A DNA stretch of 64,000 nt from Lepidodermella squamata (Eukaryota > Animalia > Gastrotricha), in the NCBI GenBank assembly GCA_047495785.1, contig JBLDXI010000073.1, forward strand, positions 461,239 to 525,238, written 5' to 3'. The notes beneath the pieces were generated by a model that did no database searches, was not told the DNA's origin, and saw only the letters and a program-made list of their open reading frames with translations. How positions within the stretch are numbered: the first letter of the stretch is position 1; every line of letters starts with the position of its first letter. A program made the position numbers and the translations under genes. Shown here piece by piece: positions 1 to 12,905 of the stretch.

Positions 1-3000
1 TACCACACGTAAGTTGCCTGGAACATGGTTATCTGAGTCCCTCGTATCTCTAATAATTTTCAGCGACCTGCTCACCAGCCTGTGCCAATGGAGTTTGCCA
101 GGCTGATAGGACATGCGACTGTACTGGAACTGGATACACAGGGACTCGATGTGAAAATGGCAAGCTTCTTAAAGTCCTTTTATAGAATAATGCTGAAATA
201 ATGCAATGCAGCCGTGTGCTCCCCTTCATGCGCAAACGGCGGAGTTTGCTCAAGACCGAGCACATGCTCCTGCGTTAACGGCTACACTGGGCCTACCTGC
301 TCTCTCTGTGAGTGTTTTTATTGTCAAAAATGCCTGATATTATGAGCAAATTCTTTGATAGCATCTTGCTCTCCCGCCTGCTTGAATGGTGGAACGTGCA
401 ATGGCAACAAATGCACATGTGCAGCTGGATGGGCGAGAAATGATTGCTCAATTCGTGAGTTTTCTTCTCAAACCGTCTTATCATAGTTGGACTCATTTTC
501 AAACCTTCCAACTTCTAATGTTATTGTGACCTACCTAGAACCTTGAATTTTGTCACTACAAGCTTAAATTTCCCATTTGAAAATCCATTGATCCCCTTGA
601 CGTTTTGCGATTTCTAGGCTAAAGAACTAATCATTTTTACTTCTCTTTCATGGAAATAACCTTCCGCTTAAACAAAAGTATTCACGTTCTTTGTGTTAAT
701 ATACCTGGGTTTATTATGGTGATATCTTTATCTCTCGTAAAAACGTGTATTTATGAAATGTGAAGCTACCTGCACGCCGGCCTGTCAAAATGGCGGCACC
801 TGCGTCGGCGGCAACGTGTGCAAATGCGCGAATGGCTACACAGGCTCAACGTGCTCGGATGGTATGGCAATAATAGACAGTAAATGTTGGCATCTTTTGT
901 TAATAATTTTCGCATGACGCAGCTGTGTGCACACCAACTTGCAAAAATGGTCGATGCACTGCGACAAATTTGTGCTCTTGCGATTCCGGATGGACTGGTC
1001 CAGATTGCTCAACTTGTAAAATGTTCCTAAATGTTCTCTTTAATCAATTTAACGTTCGTTTCGATATGAAGCTGCCTGTTCGTCGCCTTGCTTGAACGGA
1101 GGAGCGTGTACAGGAACGAACAAGTGCACTTGCGTTGGAGGATACACGGGTGCAACGTGTGCCGAATGTGACTCATCGTTATTACTGATTTAGCTGATAA
1201 ATCTTAACTATTCTAGATTCTTGCTCGCAAACGTGCAAAAATGGAGGTGTCTGTATACGTCCGAACACCTGTAGCTGTGGTGATCAATGGGCTGGCATTG
1301 ACTGTAGCATACGTAAGCTAAAACATTTTAATTCCACTTATCATAAATTACTAGCATTAGAACAGCTGTTAATGTTAATAACTGGATTTTTCTGTTCGAT
1401 CAGCATGTTATCTTTCTGGGCAAAGCTTCGTCCAGAAAAGGCTTCCTTTTTAGGGTTTTTCGCTTACTGTGATTCAGACTAATTAACAAATTCGCTCAAT
1501 TTAGATAGGTATTAATTATTAATTTAATTATTAACTTTAGCAAACTCCTAGTCGAGAGCGCGTAGAAATATACGAATTCCTCCCGCAGTCATCCCGCACA
1601 TCCCGCAGTTCATCATGTGGACGTCCACGTGTATTGCAGCGTGATAAAAATTTCTCTGCATTCTCCCATACAAAAAATAGTGTGCATATGTTAATGATTT
1701 TGCGAGAAGATGAATGCTTATGAATGCAGTTCAGGTTTAAAAGTGAAAATTGTAGGGCTGAACGCCTGAAACATACAGGCCTTGCATATCTAATTCTGCT
1801 TTTGCTCCTCCTGATCTAATTTTTGAAATGATGATGAAAATGATGATAAAATTAGGCCGGATCAGCCGGATCATCCAAGGGGGCGTCGTGACACTCCAGC
1901 TCCAACCACAGAAAGGCTTAACAACCACAGGGAGGACCCGTTGGTTCCTTTGGCTGGGTGCTAGAGAACACCTCAGCTTCCGGATCCTACTCCTATCGCA
2001 CTACAAGTAAGGTAGTTGCCTTGGACCTGCTGAAAATAGTTTTTCCTCAGATAAGATACATCTTACCTTCAAGTAGCCTGCGTGGACCTCATACGCGGAC
2101 CTCATACGGTCAAAATCAGGTGCCATGATTCGTCATTGAAGAAGAAATGCGGAAGTGTAATGTAATGTGGGAAAAAATCTCGACTACATCCTAAAAAAAC
2201 GAGTTGATACGGATTAGGATACGCTAAACAGCCAAATTCCAGGTCTGAGATGTAAAAACTTCTTTACATTCTTTCTCTATATTGCGAAACCATTGCAACA
2301 TCCAACATTGCTGAGTTAATTTACTTGTTGCTAATTTAGCCACGTGTACTCCAGCCTGTGCGAACGGCGGCATTTGCTCATACGTCAATCTTTGTACCTG
2401 CGTGAACAACTACTACGGATCGCGCTGCACGCAATGTGAGGCTAGCAATCTTTCGATACCATCTCATACCTATGTTGTTTCTCCAGTTTCCTGCGTTAAA
2501 ACTTGCCAGAATGGAGGAACCTGCACAGCCCCGAACACTTGTACCTGCGGTGCGGGCTGGAAAGGAGATGATTGCACTACTCGTAATGAGCTCATCCCGA
2601 AGCTTGGACCAATCGGCTAATTTTTCAATTATTTACAGCGATTTGCAATTCACCTTGCCAGAATGGAGGAACTTGCATCGCTCCGAACACGTGCAAGTGC
2701 GACGCTGGATGGCGAGGGGCTACTTGTTCTCAGAGTAAGGAGCATCTTCAAGGAAATGCAAAACTACAGACTGATTTTATATTTCAGCCAAGTACTATAT
2801 ATCCGCTAGCTCAACTAATTTCCGCGACGCTACGACAAATTGTGAGACATCAAGCAGCCGCGCTGCTGTGATTTACTCGCAAGGTGAGTGGGACAAGGCG
2901 AAGATCAGCTTGGGGTCAAACAGCAAAGTTTGGATTGCGCTATCGGCTGGATTCCGATGGATCTACGACAATTCGCCGGTTGGGTTTTCTGATTTATGGG

Positions 3001-3976
3001 GAAATGGCGAGCCGAGCGGTGACGGCAGTTGTAAGTACATAGCTCAGGGTTCGATCTTCGATCCCCGAGCTCCCAGGGATGGACAAAATTCTTTTGCTGT
3101 ATTTGCCAAAATGACGAGTCATTTAGGGTAATAACCGAGCGAAGCGAGAAAAGTTTGGAGATTTTCCACTAAAACACGCCTCAGAACCTTCTAAAATTAA
3201 CAAAACAGTGGGTTAAATTCTAATTTTGTTGTCTGGCCCAGCTGAGCCCCCCTGAAAGTCGCACACTGACATAGCTATCTAGATAGCGCTGCTAATCAAA
3301 ACTACTTGTGGATAATATCCCTGATATTAGGCTAACAATTATGTGATGGCTTTGTAATCGTTGCTTATCCCAGGATCATTCAAAAAGGCATTGTTGATTT
3401 GCTCTTGATGCTCTTGCAATTGCAGGCGTGGAAATTGCAGTTTATACAGGCATAACGCAAGGTTTAAACGACATATCGTGCTCAACGATTCGAAATTCAC
3501 TGTGCCAAGATCCAATCAATGTGAGGGCTTTCTTGTTAGTACAATTCCTCAATTGACAATTTTTATTTTCACAGGAAAATGACTTGGTGGTCGTCACGCC
3601 GGCTGGTATTTGGGATTTAGCCAGAGGTAAATGTGAGGCGGTAGGACGAAAATTGGCGGTATTGAAGACGAAAACACTTGTTGATGCAATGTTGAGTGCG
3701 TCGAAGTATGGCTGGGTCGCCGGTAAGCGTCCTGATGGCAATAATTTCTACTGGTCCACGGGCGTCGCTGTCACGCCGAGCAACGTCATTCCGCCGTGGG
3801 CTCCAGGCCAGCCGGAAATAAACTTGAACAAGCAATGTGAGTTGGCTTAATTTGTTTTGCATGTAATATGTTACTTCAAATGTACTGTTTTAGGTGTGAC
3901 GATGGGCACATCGGGTCAAATGACCGTGGAAAGGTGCAGCAACAGCAACTATGCACTTTGCGAATATACAAACTAA
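1..3976 (+). CDS. EGF-repeat + double C-type lectin protein, paralog A (5' end outside window; EGF exons 8-17, CTLD1, CTLD2)
   Basis: About 96-nt phase-1 exons each encoding C-x3-C-x-NGG-x-C-x4-C-x-C-x2-G-[WY]-x-G-x2-C between short introns. CTLD1 [14 protein letters not shown]...GEPSGDGSC...LND; CTLD2 [10 protein letters not shown]...WAPGQPE; ends CEYTN-TAA at 3974-3976. Confidence 0.88.
3050..3260 (-). repeat. Dispersed repeat fragment (other copies about 29700-29860 and 55570-55760)
   Basis: Shared core TTTTGAGAGGTT..GGAGC..GTTTTAGTGGAAAATCT, seen here as the reverse complement (agattttccactaaaacacg...). Boundaries approximate. Confidence 0.55.
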
Positions 3977-5344
3977 CAAGAGGGGCTTATGAAAGCCAGG
4001 CTGAACAAGTTCCGTGACAATATGCTTTCAGCTTTGAGTTCTATCAGTATTTTTTCGGTAGTTCCCCCCTTGAACCTGAATCTACAAATGGTTTGCATCA
4101 TAAAATCGTTATCATCGTGCCTTTTTTTGAAAGCCTTTGCTTCCTGTTTGTTCACGTAAATAAACGCTTTGATTTCAATCGAGTTTTTTAACGGCATTCG
4201 AGTATAAGGTATAACAAGGAGCCTAACCAGAGGGGGGAACCTTATGTTTTCTTTCCTGGCCACTGCGGAAACTTGAGCAATGTAAGGACGGCCCTAACTT
4301 ATATCCCCTTTCGGTAAACTCCCCATCTTCTACACTGCACAACGCTCCAATGCTTTGCGACTTGCCAGCCCATTCATCGATACTTTTTGAACGGTGCCTA
4401 ACGACCGAAGTCCTGAAGATTCAGCGGTTAAAACTTGTCTTGATACACCGGAAGGTTCAAATTTGTTCCAGCCCTACATCATGCTGAAGATGAAAACGCA
4501 GAAAGTTAACGTAATAATGATATATCCTGTATAGAATACGCTCGGTTAGTAGCTGGATCTACTAATTGCCAAACCTGCCGACCATGGAGGATTGAAAAAA
4601 ATTGCCAACATTTATTAAACAATTGCTGAAGAACCATGGCTAAAAATAAAGCTGACGCCCAGCCACTTTTAGATGCATCAGCAACAGCTTCAACATCACT
4701 TTCATTCTGGTCGATTTCCCATTTTATTTACAAACTCAAAAACTATGTAGGGCATTTTTAGCAATTTGAAAAAATCCTAAAATCCCGAGAAAATAACTAC
4801 CACGTAAAATTCTTCCCGTGAACTTCTCTCTGAGGTTCCATCAAAAAAATTGAGAGAACCAGCTCAGACTTAAGGGAATTGATTGACGTAACATTTTTCT
4901 AAGTTATACATTCAAATGATTAATCGCAAAGCCTCTTTTTGCAAACGATGAATGCACAGATGTTGCTAACCTGAATCTTGAACGGTAAAAACGCTATTCA
5001 CGGTTCGAGAGGCAAGTTGCAAGTCATTGTATACATTTTTGCAGTCGAAAGCAATAGATAACGACAACAGATCTCAGAAAAATCCGAACAGAATTTGATC
5101 CAAAAAGCAAAAAATTTAAGTAATAAAGGGGAACTCCCCGTTGTCGTGGGCCGTCTTTGTTCGTTCCGTCCGTCCGTTCAGACTGCGTTCAAGCGACGGC
5201 GAGGCGTAAAAAAATGTGTGTGTGTGTGTGTGTGCCAAAAAGGGAGTGCCTATTCCAACCCTGGTTTTTCCGACAGGCTTGAAAAGTGTATCTGACGGTT
5301 ATTTTATGCGTGATGTGGCTCTCAACACTTCCCAATCTATAGCC

Positions 5345-5560
5345 AATGTTGAGTTGTCGTTATAGTATTAGTGAATTGTCGAGTTGTCTTCTGCCGAATT
5401 GTCGCTGAAGGGTACGATGAATTTTCACTGCCGAGTAGTCGTTTGCCGAGTTGTCGTTTTCGATCGAATACAAAAATATTGCCGAATTGACGTTTGCTGA
5501 ATTGTCGCTGTCGAATAGTCGTATTCCCAATTTTCGTTGCTCAGTTGTCATACAACCGCT
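5345..5560. repeat. Array of short degenerate repeats (GCCGA[A/G]TTGTCG), TE subterminal-like
   Basis: About 10 copies of gaattgtcg / gagttgtcg / gccgagtagtcg within 200 bp, upstream of the transposase remnant. Confidence 0.55.
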
Positions 5561-5990
5561 AATTATTTCGGTTTAATTTTCGGATATATTTGGCTCGAAT
5601 TATTTCGTTCGGAGATATTCTCAGCAAAATGAATTATTCGAGCCAAAAATATAGAAAATTTAAACGATATTATTATCGCAGAAATTTTACCAGATAGAAA
5701 CATTCTAATCATTAATTTTCTTAGAATTTTCATAATGTTCCCGAAGACAAAAACGCGGCAGAAGAATGGCAAAGATGCCGATAATTTGCAATTTGCAAAT
5801 AGCTGTTTTCACCAATTTCTTGAAAATTAATTATAGGAGCCTGGAGCCTGCAAGATTTACTTTGGTTTCATTATTTGATAGACCGTGAAATCTGGTCTAC
5901 TGAAACTGAAAAAAATTTTCCAATTAATAAAACACCGTTTCAAGTCCTTTAAAAATTGGTGATCAATCATTATGTTTCCGATATTCCGGG

Positions 5991-7367
5991 TCAAAGTCCA
6001 TCGTCATCCAGCAAAAAATTGCAGTTGGTGACTTGGTGACTTGGTCGCATCTGTGTCTGACTTGGTCGGGATGGATCGAAAAAGGCCTGGTGAACTCGAA
6101 TGGCGTCAATGACATCAGACTTCAAATAGACGGAATGGGTGGTAGAACCAGCATGGCGGAAGGTTATATCTCTGCCAATATTTGCTTGCCATCTAGAAAG
6201 CGAAAATTGGGCAGCGATGGTGAGTACCAATTGGCAGTCTTCAAAGGAAAGGAATCCAGTGAAAATTTCCGCAATTACCTACACTGTCGATGAACTGGTT
6301 AATCTTGTAAGAAATGGTATCGAGATGGAAAAAAATACGGCTTTCCTGTTTCGGTTTGATAATTTGCGCGGACTATCCCGCTCTTGTTGAATTGTTAGGT
6401 TGTGGTCATCAAAACAGCCATTGTCGTTGCGTTATTTGCACTCAGGACATTCGAAAAATTCCAGACTTCGCTACTGGAGAAACGAAAAAACGTCGATTTG
6501 ATCTTTACACGCCAGATCAGAAAGGGAAGGTTGGATGGTCCAAAGACTTCAAACCAATGATTAATTTGAGCCCCCAAAGTTGATAATTATTCCCGACTTT
6601 TTGCACATGCAGATCAACATTGGTAGGAAACTGTTTCAAGCGGTTTGTGAATAAAAATAAAATTTATTATTAACTTTTCCGATTAGATGTTCGAAAATTT
6701 GAACGACTTCAAGATGAAAGGCCCAATCCGCCAGTTGTAAAGCTTTATTGAACAGTCAGTGAATATTACTGTTGATGTGAGAACCGTTCGCTCCAAGGTT
6801 TGCGTCACAATAAAAAATACCAATCATCACGGATTTGCCAAGGTGAGCTCTGAGCTTGAGGAAATACCTGTTGAAAATATTGAATTTTAAGGCTTTCAAG
6901 GCTTTCTCAACCAGACTTGCCCCAGAGCCGTTGATGAAAGCTTTTTTTGTGCCTGACGACTGGCGTGGCCAAATTCGTAGAATGTACCGCACGCATTCGC
7001 GATTCGTCTAAACCTGAGAACCGATTTTTGAAAAGGCTAGCCGATGTTCGAAGGCTTTTCATCGCGGCGCTACTGGTTTTCGACGATGTGCGAAAGGCGA
7101 GATCTGGAGCAGGAAAACTGATGCTTTACAACTTCGAATCTACATGGCAAAGAACTGTTGGGCCAGTCACCTCCTACGCGCATCTTCTTGCCAGACACGT
7201 ACGAATATCTTGATCAAGGTATCGATCTTTACGCCTTGTCGACAGAATCGATAGAAATCATGTTGAAACAGCAGCGTTCTGATATTGCGAATAATACTAC
7301 TAATGCTTCAGCCATTCCGCGACAAATCCTGGGCCTCGTAAATATTCGGGAAAGCTTGTTCTTTTGA
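5991..7367 (+). pseudogene. Decayed RAG1/Transib/Chapaev-type (CMC clade) DDE transposase
   Basis: Ordered motifs: IRLQIDG (D at 6129), QLAVFKGKES, CADYPALVELLG (D at 6371), CRCVIC, PDFLH (6592), TSYAHLLARH, LYALSTESIE (E at 7254). This parallels RAG1 core D600 / D708 / CxxC / DALH / YFHKTLAH / E962. Frameshifts, an in-frame stop near 6738, and two short introns with GTTTG donors. Confidence 0.72.
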
Positions 7368-7481
7368 TAAATATGCGCTTATCATTTAAATTCCAATTAA
7401 AGATAAATAAAGAGAAAAGAGAAATGTCATCAATCACTTTTATTGTTTCTTTATTGGATGCTCGTCTTCAGTCTGAAGTAT

Positions 7482-7792
7482 TCAGAATTTGTTGACTTTG
7501 TAACGCATTCTCTCGCTGTCATATACAAGTTCATAACCATCTTTGCGATAGAATTTGAAAGCAAATTTTCCAGCCTTGAATTTTTCGTCGATTACCCTGA
7601 TGTGCTTAGCAATAGCTGTTTCGGTGCGCCCTAGACTACTCGACAATCCCGGCTCGTTCTCGCGAAGGTAAAATTTCAGCGCTGTTGTTGTGCAGCCTTC
7701 GATCCTCTTCACCCTAACCAGCGAGGTGAAGGCATGGCGCGAATGGTTTTCTTCATCGAATATCCACGGTACTTTTTCACGATGAGCGTGAT
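7482..7792 (-). CDS. Terminal exon (about 103 aa) of an unknown gene convergent with the transposase; 5' part missing
   Basis: Acceptor ttcag at 7793-7797 (minus), open frame DHAHREKVPWIF...YKVNKF-stop. AATAAA on + (7406) and on - (7439, 7450) between the two stops. Confidence 0.5.
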
Positions 7793-7928
7793 CTGAATTT
7801 CAGAAATATTAAATTAGTCGGATATGGCTTTCAGCGCGAGCAGTATAGTTCTGAAGTTTTGTTTCTAATTTGAATATAGGCCATCGTGAAAATCTAGAAA
7901 TTTAAACTGCAATTCTTTTTCTTTTAGG

Positions 7929-8470
7929 TATGGAAATTTTGAGTCCGAACGGGATTAACGATCAACCTTGCGGGGACCCAAGTCGAAATGCTCTCTGCCA
8001 AAATCCAAACGATGTAAGAAAACTTATTGTATGTGACGGTCCCAATAAGTTTTTTTTCCAAAGATAACTGACGTCCAAGCCATCGGGCCGGCTACTCAAA
8101 ATTGGGCGGACGCTAAAGTCACATGTGAAACCAGAGGACTAAAACTTGCAATCCTTAGGACAAGGCCGCTTGTTCAGCAAATGCTGGACCAAGGGAAGGT
8201 TGGGTGGATTGGCGGAAAGCGCCCGCCTGGCAATAATTTCTACTGGTCCACGAACGTCGCTGTCACGCCGAGCAGTGTCATTCCGCCATGGGCTCCAGGC
8301 CAGCCTGAAATAAACGATAAAAAGCAATATGAGATGATATTTTTGTAACATTAATCGCTTTTTTAATCGCAATTTGCGGTAATTCAGGCGTAACGATGGA
8401 TACGTCGGGTCAAATGACGGTTGAACGGTGCAGCAACGCCAACAATGCGCTATGCGAGTATACAAACTGA
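7929..8470 (+). pseudogene. Orphan 3' fragment of an EGF/CTL paralog (B): end of CTLD1 plus CTLD2
   Basis: MEILSPNGINDQPC..., GWIGGKRPPG..., WAPGQPE, CEYTN-TGA. Donor after KQ is mutated (ATGAGA instead of GTGAG). No upstream EGF exons. Confidence 0.8.
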
Positions 8471-9580
8471 ATTGGAAAGCATAGGGGCGATGTCAAAAAA
8501 CCATTTTCATGAAGAACAACTTCAATGATTAATTGAATTGAATACCCATATAAACTATAAACCTCGCGTGCTTTATTACTCTGCTTCGCTCTTAAACCCG
8601 CATTCTCAAGTTTCTTGGTTCAAACAGATGATTCTGAGCATAATTTGAATGCAAAAATAAATTCCGGGGTTCGCCCATCGCTATTCGGGAATGCAAAATC
8701 TACGGAATTTGCTAAAAACTTGCTAAGAACTTGCTAAACTGCGGAAAATGTTTACAATTTCACCCACGTTCAGCTTCTCCGACGCGCTCTTTCACGAGGC
8801 CTTCCTAAACACTAGAGCAGGATTTTCCCAACATGCTATATCTTTGGGCTCCAGGCCGGCTGGAAATAAACGATAACAGCAATGTGAGATGAACTATTCT
8901 AATTTATACATTTTATTAATCGTTGATCACTGCTGTGAAAAGACACTTTCCGTTTATTTTGCTATGACTTTCGCCCAAATATTCGCCCTTTAACACAGCT
9001 CCAAGTTTGTTTAATAGTAAAAATCGTAAAGGTTTTTAGCAGAGTTTGTTCTTATTAATATCGGATTTTCAAAAGCCAATGGCAAATCGCGAGGTCTCAT
9101 TTCACTCACAAAGTGGCTAGAGTAGAACTGGCCAAATACGGCGAATTCACGGCCGAATTCTTCTTCAGCCAAGATAAATAATCTAATTTCATACTTTCCA
9201 GGCAAATGAAAAAGCTAGTCGGGAAATTGAAAAACGAATATGCCAAACTAGGCACTTCGGCGCACAGTTTGCATCAGGTTCACTGCCAATTTTCATCGCG
9301 CTTGTTTTTCGAATATTACAGATTCATACAGATGAATTCTGGTTCGTCGACCAGGTTACCGCTTTGCCAGTTTTACATAAAAATTCACTGTTTCTGAGGT
9401 GTCGATTTCCTCGATTAAAAAAATCAAATTATAGAAAAGGTTTCAGCTATTTTGTTGATTCATTTTGTTGTTTCTGTTTTTTCCATCTTTTTTATTTTTT
9501 ACCTTGAAAAATGAAAAACCAACATCCGTAGTATACTTTTATTGCTAGGTGGACAAAAGGTTTCCTCAGCTGTTTACCAC

Positions 9581-9995
9581 TGGGTTGCAGGGAGCTGAGA
9601 TTTAGTCCTTCGCAACATTCAAGTGATTGATAAAAGAAATTTGACTCACGCGCCGTGCAATCTGATCCTGCCCAGCCTACCGGACAGCTACAGGTATGCA
9701 AGTCCTATGCAAGTCCCCACGTTACATAAAACTTTAACACAGAAAAATGATTGTTATTAACCACTGAAATTCCGAAGAACCTACTGCTGCAGCCAATGCA
9801 AGACCCGCCATTTTGATACGGGTTCTTCGAGCAAGCGGCTAAATGAGAGAACTAGAATGATTTGAAGCCTCAAACATCCTTTCTCTCACATATGCCATAG
9901 TTCGGACCCATCCACCGTTCGAAGTAGTTGCATTTGTTAGAGCTAACGCAAGTTCGCCCATTTTGACAAAGAAGGTCATCAAAGTTAGCTAGTAA
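9581..9995 (-). pseudogene. Inverted, degenerate copy of EGF exons 3-6
   Basis: Reverse complement matches NKCN...[28 protein letters not shown] exons and their introns, with indels. Confidence 0.75.
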
Positions 9996-10938
9996 TCGAG
10001 AAATTTTAAAGCTTCTCGAAATAGGTGTTTTTCCATTACGGATATCGCAAATAAAAGAACAGTCAAATTCGCACTCATGTTTTGCCGTTTGCCTTTTGTG
10101 GTTGGCATCGTACGCAATGTTTTAATCGTTGTTTTTTCACAAACAACGGCTGAGTTTCTAAACAGTTGAGAAAGTCAGTTCGGAAAACCTTTTGTCCACT
10201 TTGCAATTAGATTAAAGACGATAGGAGGATGAATATAGGATGAAATTAGATGAACATAGGAGGATGAAATGGCTGAATCAGAGCTTTGCTTCCACAAGCT
10301 GTCGTTCACGTGGTGCTAAGCCGGCCCCTGGCTCGCATTTTTCTCAGGTGTATGGAATTAGCTAACAAGCTGCCCTTGGGATAACGAATAAGCTAAACAG
10401 TATGGACGGTAGCTGGCCTTCAGGCGAATATTTTCCGCTATCCGCTACAAAGCTCCCAGATATTGTATACTATTTCAGTTATAGCGACAGTGTCGAAAGG
10501 CGAGAGTTTTTATTTTTCCTTTAAATTTTAATCCAATCAGATACCAATCAGAATCAGAAAATATACAATACCTGATATTTTCATCTCAGAAATTAAAGAC
10601 TCAGCCTCCTAGGCCGCTTGCGATGATGCTTTTGTGTGCCTATCAGGCCCATTAGCTATTAGCGCTAGTAAACTAATATTCGTTGATGAACAAAAAAATG
10701 TGAGTGAGAAAAAATATCGCATAACGCAGCACGCATGGAAAATTCGTGAGGAGCCTCTTTACTAAATAAAACAAACTAAGGATGAAATTAAAAACATGAG
10801 AACAACATGGGTTCAAGTGAATATAGCACTTTCGCGCTTTGTGCGGTCAATTACGTGAGCGTTCATCTCCTTCAACCACCGGTATGTATAGTGGTTTAGC
10901 TCTTAACAACCAGCCGACCGCGCTTACGTTTGTGTCAC

Positions 10939-10959
10939 ATTAGCCGGGAGCATATAAAA
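10939..10959 (+). promoter_or_regulatory. Conserved ATTAGC...CATATAA (TATA-like) upstream of EGF/CTL genes; also 12811-12831, 22415-22436, 33394-33415
   Basis: Same motif pair 80-110 bp upstream of the ATG in paralogs C, E and F. Confidence 0.5.
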
Positions 10960-11033
10960 TACAACAGAAAAAGTGTTGAATTCAACATTGGGCAAATTTG
11001 TTTAAGGATTGCTCAGGTCAATTTCTGCATAAC

Positions 11034-12403
11034 ATGACGCTGATACTATTCCTACTCTATGGTAATATCCTGAAATCACTTCATCAAATCATTCGGCTTG
11101 TTCCTCAAAGGTCTGTATGGGTCGAGCTTGGGATGTACGCCGAACGAATCTCAGAAGAAAAGCGCGGTAAATGATGGCGCTCGAATTGTAGCCCATCTCA
11201 TGAAACTATTTTCCTAACCAGCTTTGGTGCTCGAATGGGGGAACTTTCGACTCGGCAAGCGGTTCTTGCATTTGCCCGCCTGGGTATGGCGGTTCCCAGT
11301 GCGAAAAATGTACGCAACTATCTTACGGAGATTCAACGTGCTAGTTTTTCCCGTTCGTCTCATAGTTACGTGCCCCAATTGTCTCAACGGAGCAAGTTGC
11401 AGCGGCCCGAACAAATGTAGCTGCGCTTCAGGCTGGTCCGGCCAGAACTGCGAAACTTGTAATGGAAATTAATCACTTATTGCCGTTAATATTCATCAAT
11501 AACTAGCTAACTGCGTTGACCTACCCTGTCAAAATGGCGGAACTTGCGTCGGCGCTAACAAATGCAACTGCACAGATCGGTGGATGGGTCTAAACTGTGG
11601 CACCTGTAAGAACAGGGTTCTTCAAGGTTTAAAAGTGACTTTAATTAGTCTGATTCAGCTGCTTGCTCGAAGAACCCATGCAAAAACGGTGGGACGTGCA
11701 TTGGCTACAGCCTTTGTTCTTGCTCGACTGGCTACTCCGGTTCCGACTGCGGCAGTGGGTCATTTCAAAATTCGAAGAATGATTATCCTCCTTGTGTATT
11801 CAAGTTTTCTGCAATCCGCCCTGTGCAAATGGTGGAATATGCCGAGCCGGTAATACATGTAGCTGCCCTGTTGGCTGGGCAGGATCGGATTGTACGACGC
11901 GTTAGTGCTATACAGAAATGCTGTAATTGATCTCATGAAAAAATTGAATCGCTATTCCACAGCTTCGTGCAACCCTGCGTGTCAAAATGGCGGGTCATGT
12001 ACGAGCCAACTGACTTGCACTTGCCCTGATGGCTACACGGGCCTTACATGTGGAGTCTGTACGTCGAAATAATTGTTGCCTCCCTCTCGTGAATGCTAAC
12101 ATTTCCCTTCAGTTACCTGTTCTCAGACTTGTGCGAACGGCGGTAGATGCTCGGGGCCGAATACTTGCACGTGCGCCGATGGTTGGACTGGAAAGGATTG
12201 TACCACACGTATTTGCCTTCGATCATTGTGTTAGTTCCTCTCAGCCCGAATCAATTTCAGCCACATGCTCGCCGGCGTGTGCCAATGGCCTTCAGGCGAA
12301 TATTTTCCGCTATCCGCTACAAAGCTCCCAGATATTGTATACTATTTCAGTTATAGCGACAGTGTCGAAAGGCGAGAGTTTTTATTTTTCCTTTAAATTT
12401 TAA
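11034..12403 (+). pseudogene. Truncated duplicate of paralog C (signal peptide + 7 EGF + partial 8th, no CTLD)
   Basis: ATG 11034, MTLILFLLY/GLYGSSLGC. EGF8 is broken at the duplication junction and reads on as ANGLQANIFRYP...FKF-stop at 12403. Confidence 0.75.
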
Positions 12404-12905
12404 TCCAATCAGATACCAATCAGAATCAGAAAATATACAATACCTGATATTTTCATCTCAGAAATTAAAGACTCAGCCTCCTAGGCCGCTTGCGATGATG
12501 CTTTTGTGTGCCTATCAGGCCCATTAGCTATTAGCGCTAGTAAACTAATATTCGTTGATGAACAAAAAAATGTGAGTGAGAAAAAATATCGCATAACGCA
12601 GCACGCATGGAAAATTCGTGAGGAGCCTCTTTACTAAATAAAACAAACTAAGGATGAAATTAAAAACATGAGAACAACATGGGTTCAAGTGAATATAGCA
12701 CTTTCGCGCTTTGTGCGGTCAATTACGTGAGCGTTCATCTCCTTCAACCACCGGTATGTATAGTGGTTTAGCTCTTAACAACCAGCCGACCGCGCTTACG
12801 TTTGTGTCACATTAGCCGGGAGCATATAAAATACAACAGAAAAAGTGTTGAATTCAACATTGGGCAAATTTGTTTAAGGATTGCTCAGGTCAATTTCTGC
12901 ATAAC

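Noticed and set aside
4405-4640. CTGAAGA motifs as possible hammerhead ribozyme cores
   Set aside because: Could not build the required stems with a GAAA core by eye.
5128-5139. GGGGAACTCCCC, an NF-kB-like site
   Set aside because: Single short match, not conserved in the paralogous spacer near 22000; plausible by chance.
5216-5233. (TG)n microsatellite; also (TAAA)n near 31887, (CA)n near 51280, (GA)n near 51484
   Set aside because: Ordinary short simple repeats.
5300-7930. RSS-like heptamer/nonamer ends or V(D)J-like rearrangement of lectin exons
   Set aside because: No CACAGTG-type termini or TSD found around the transposase or the exons, and the enzyme is decayed.
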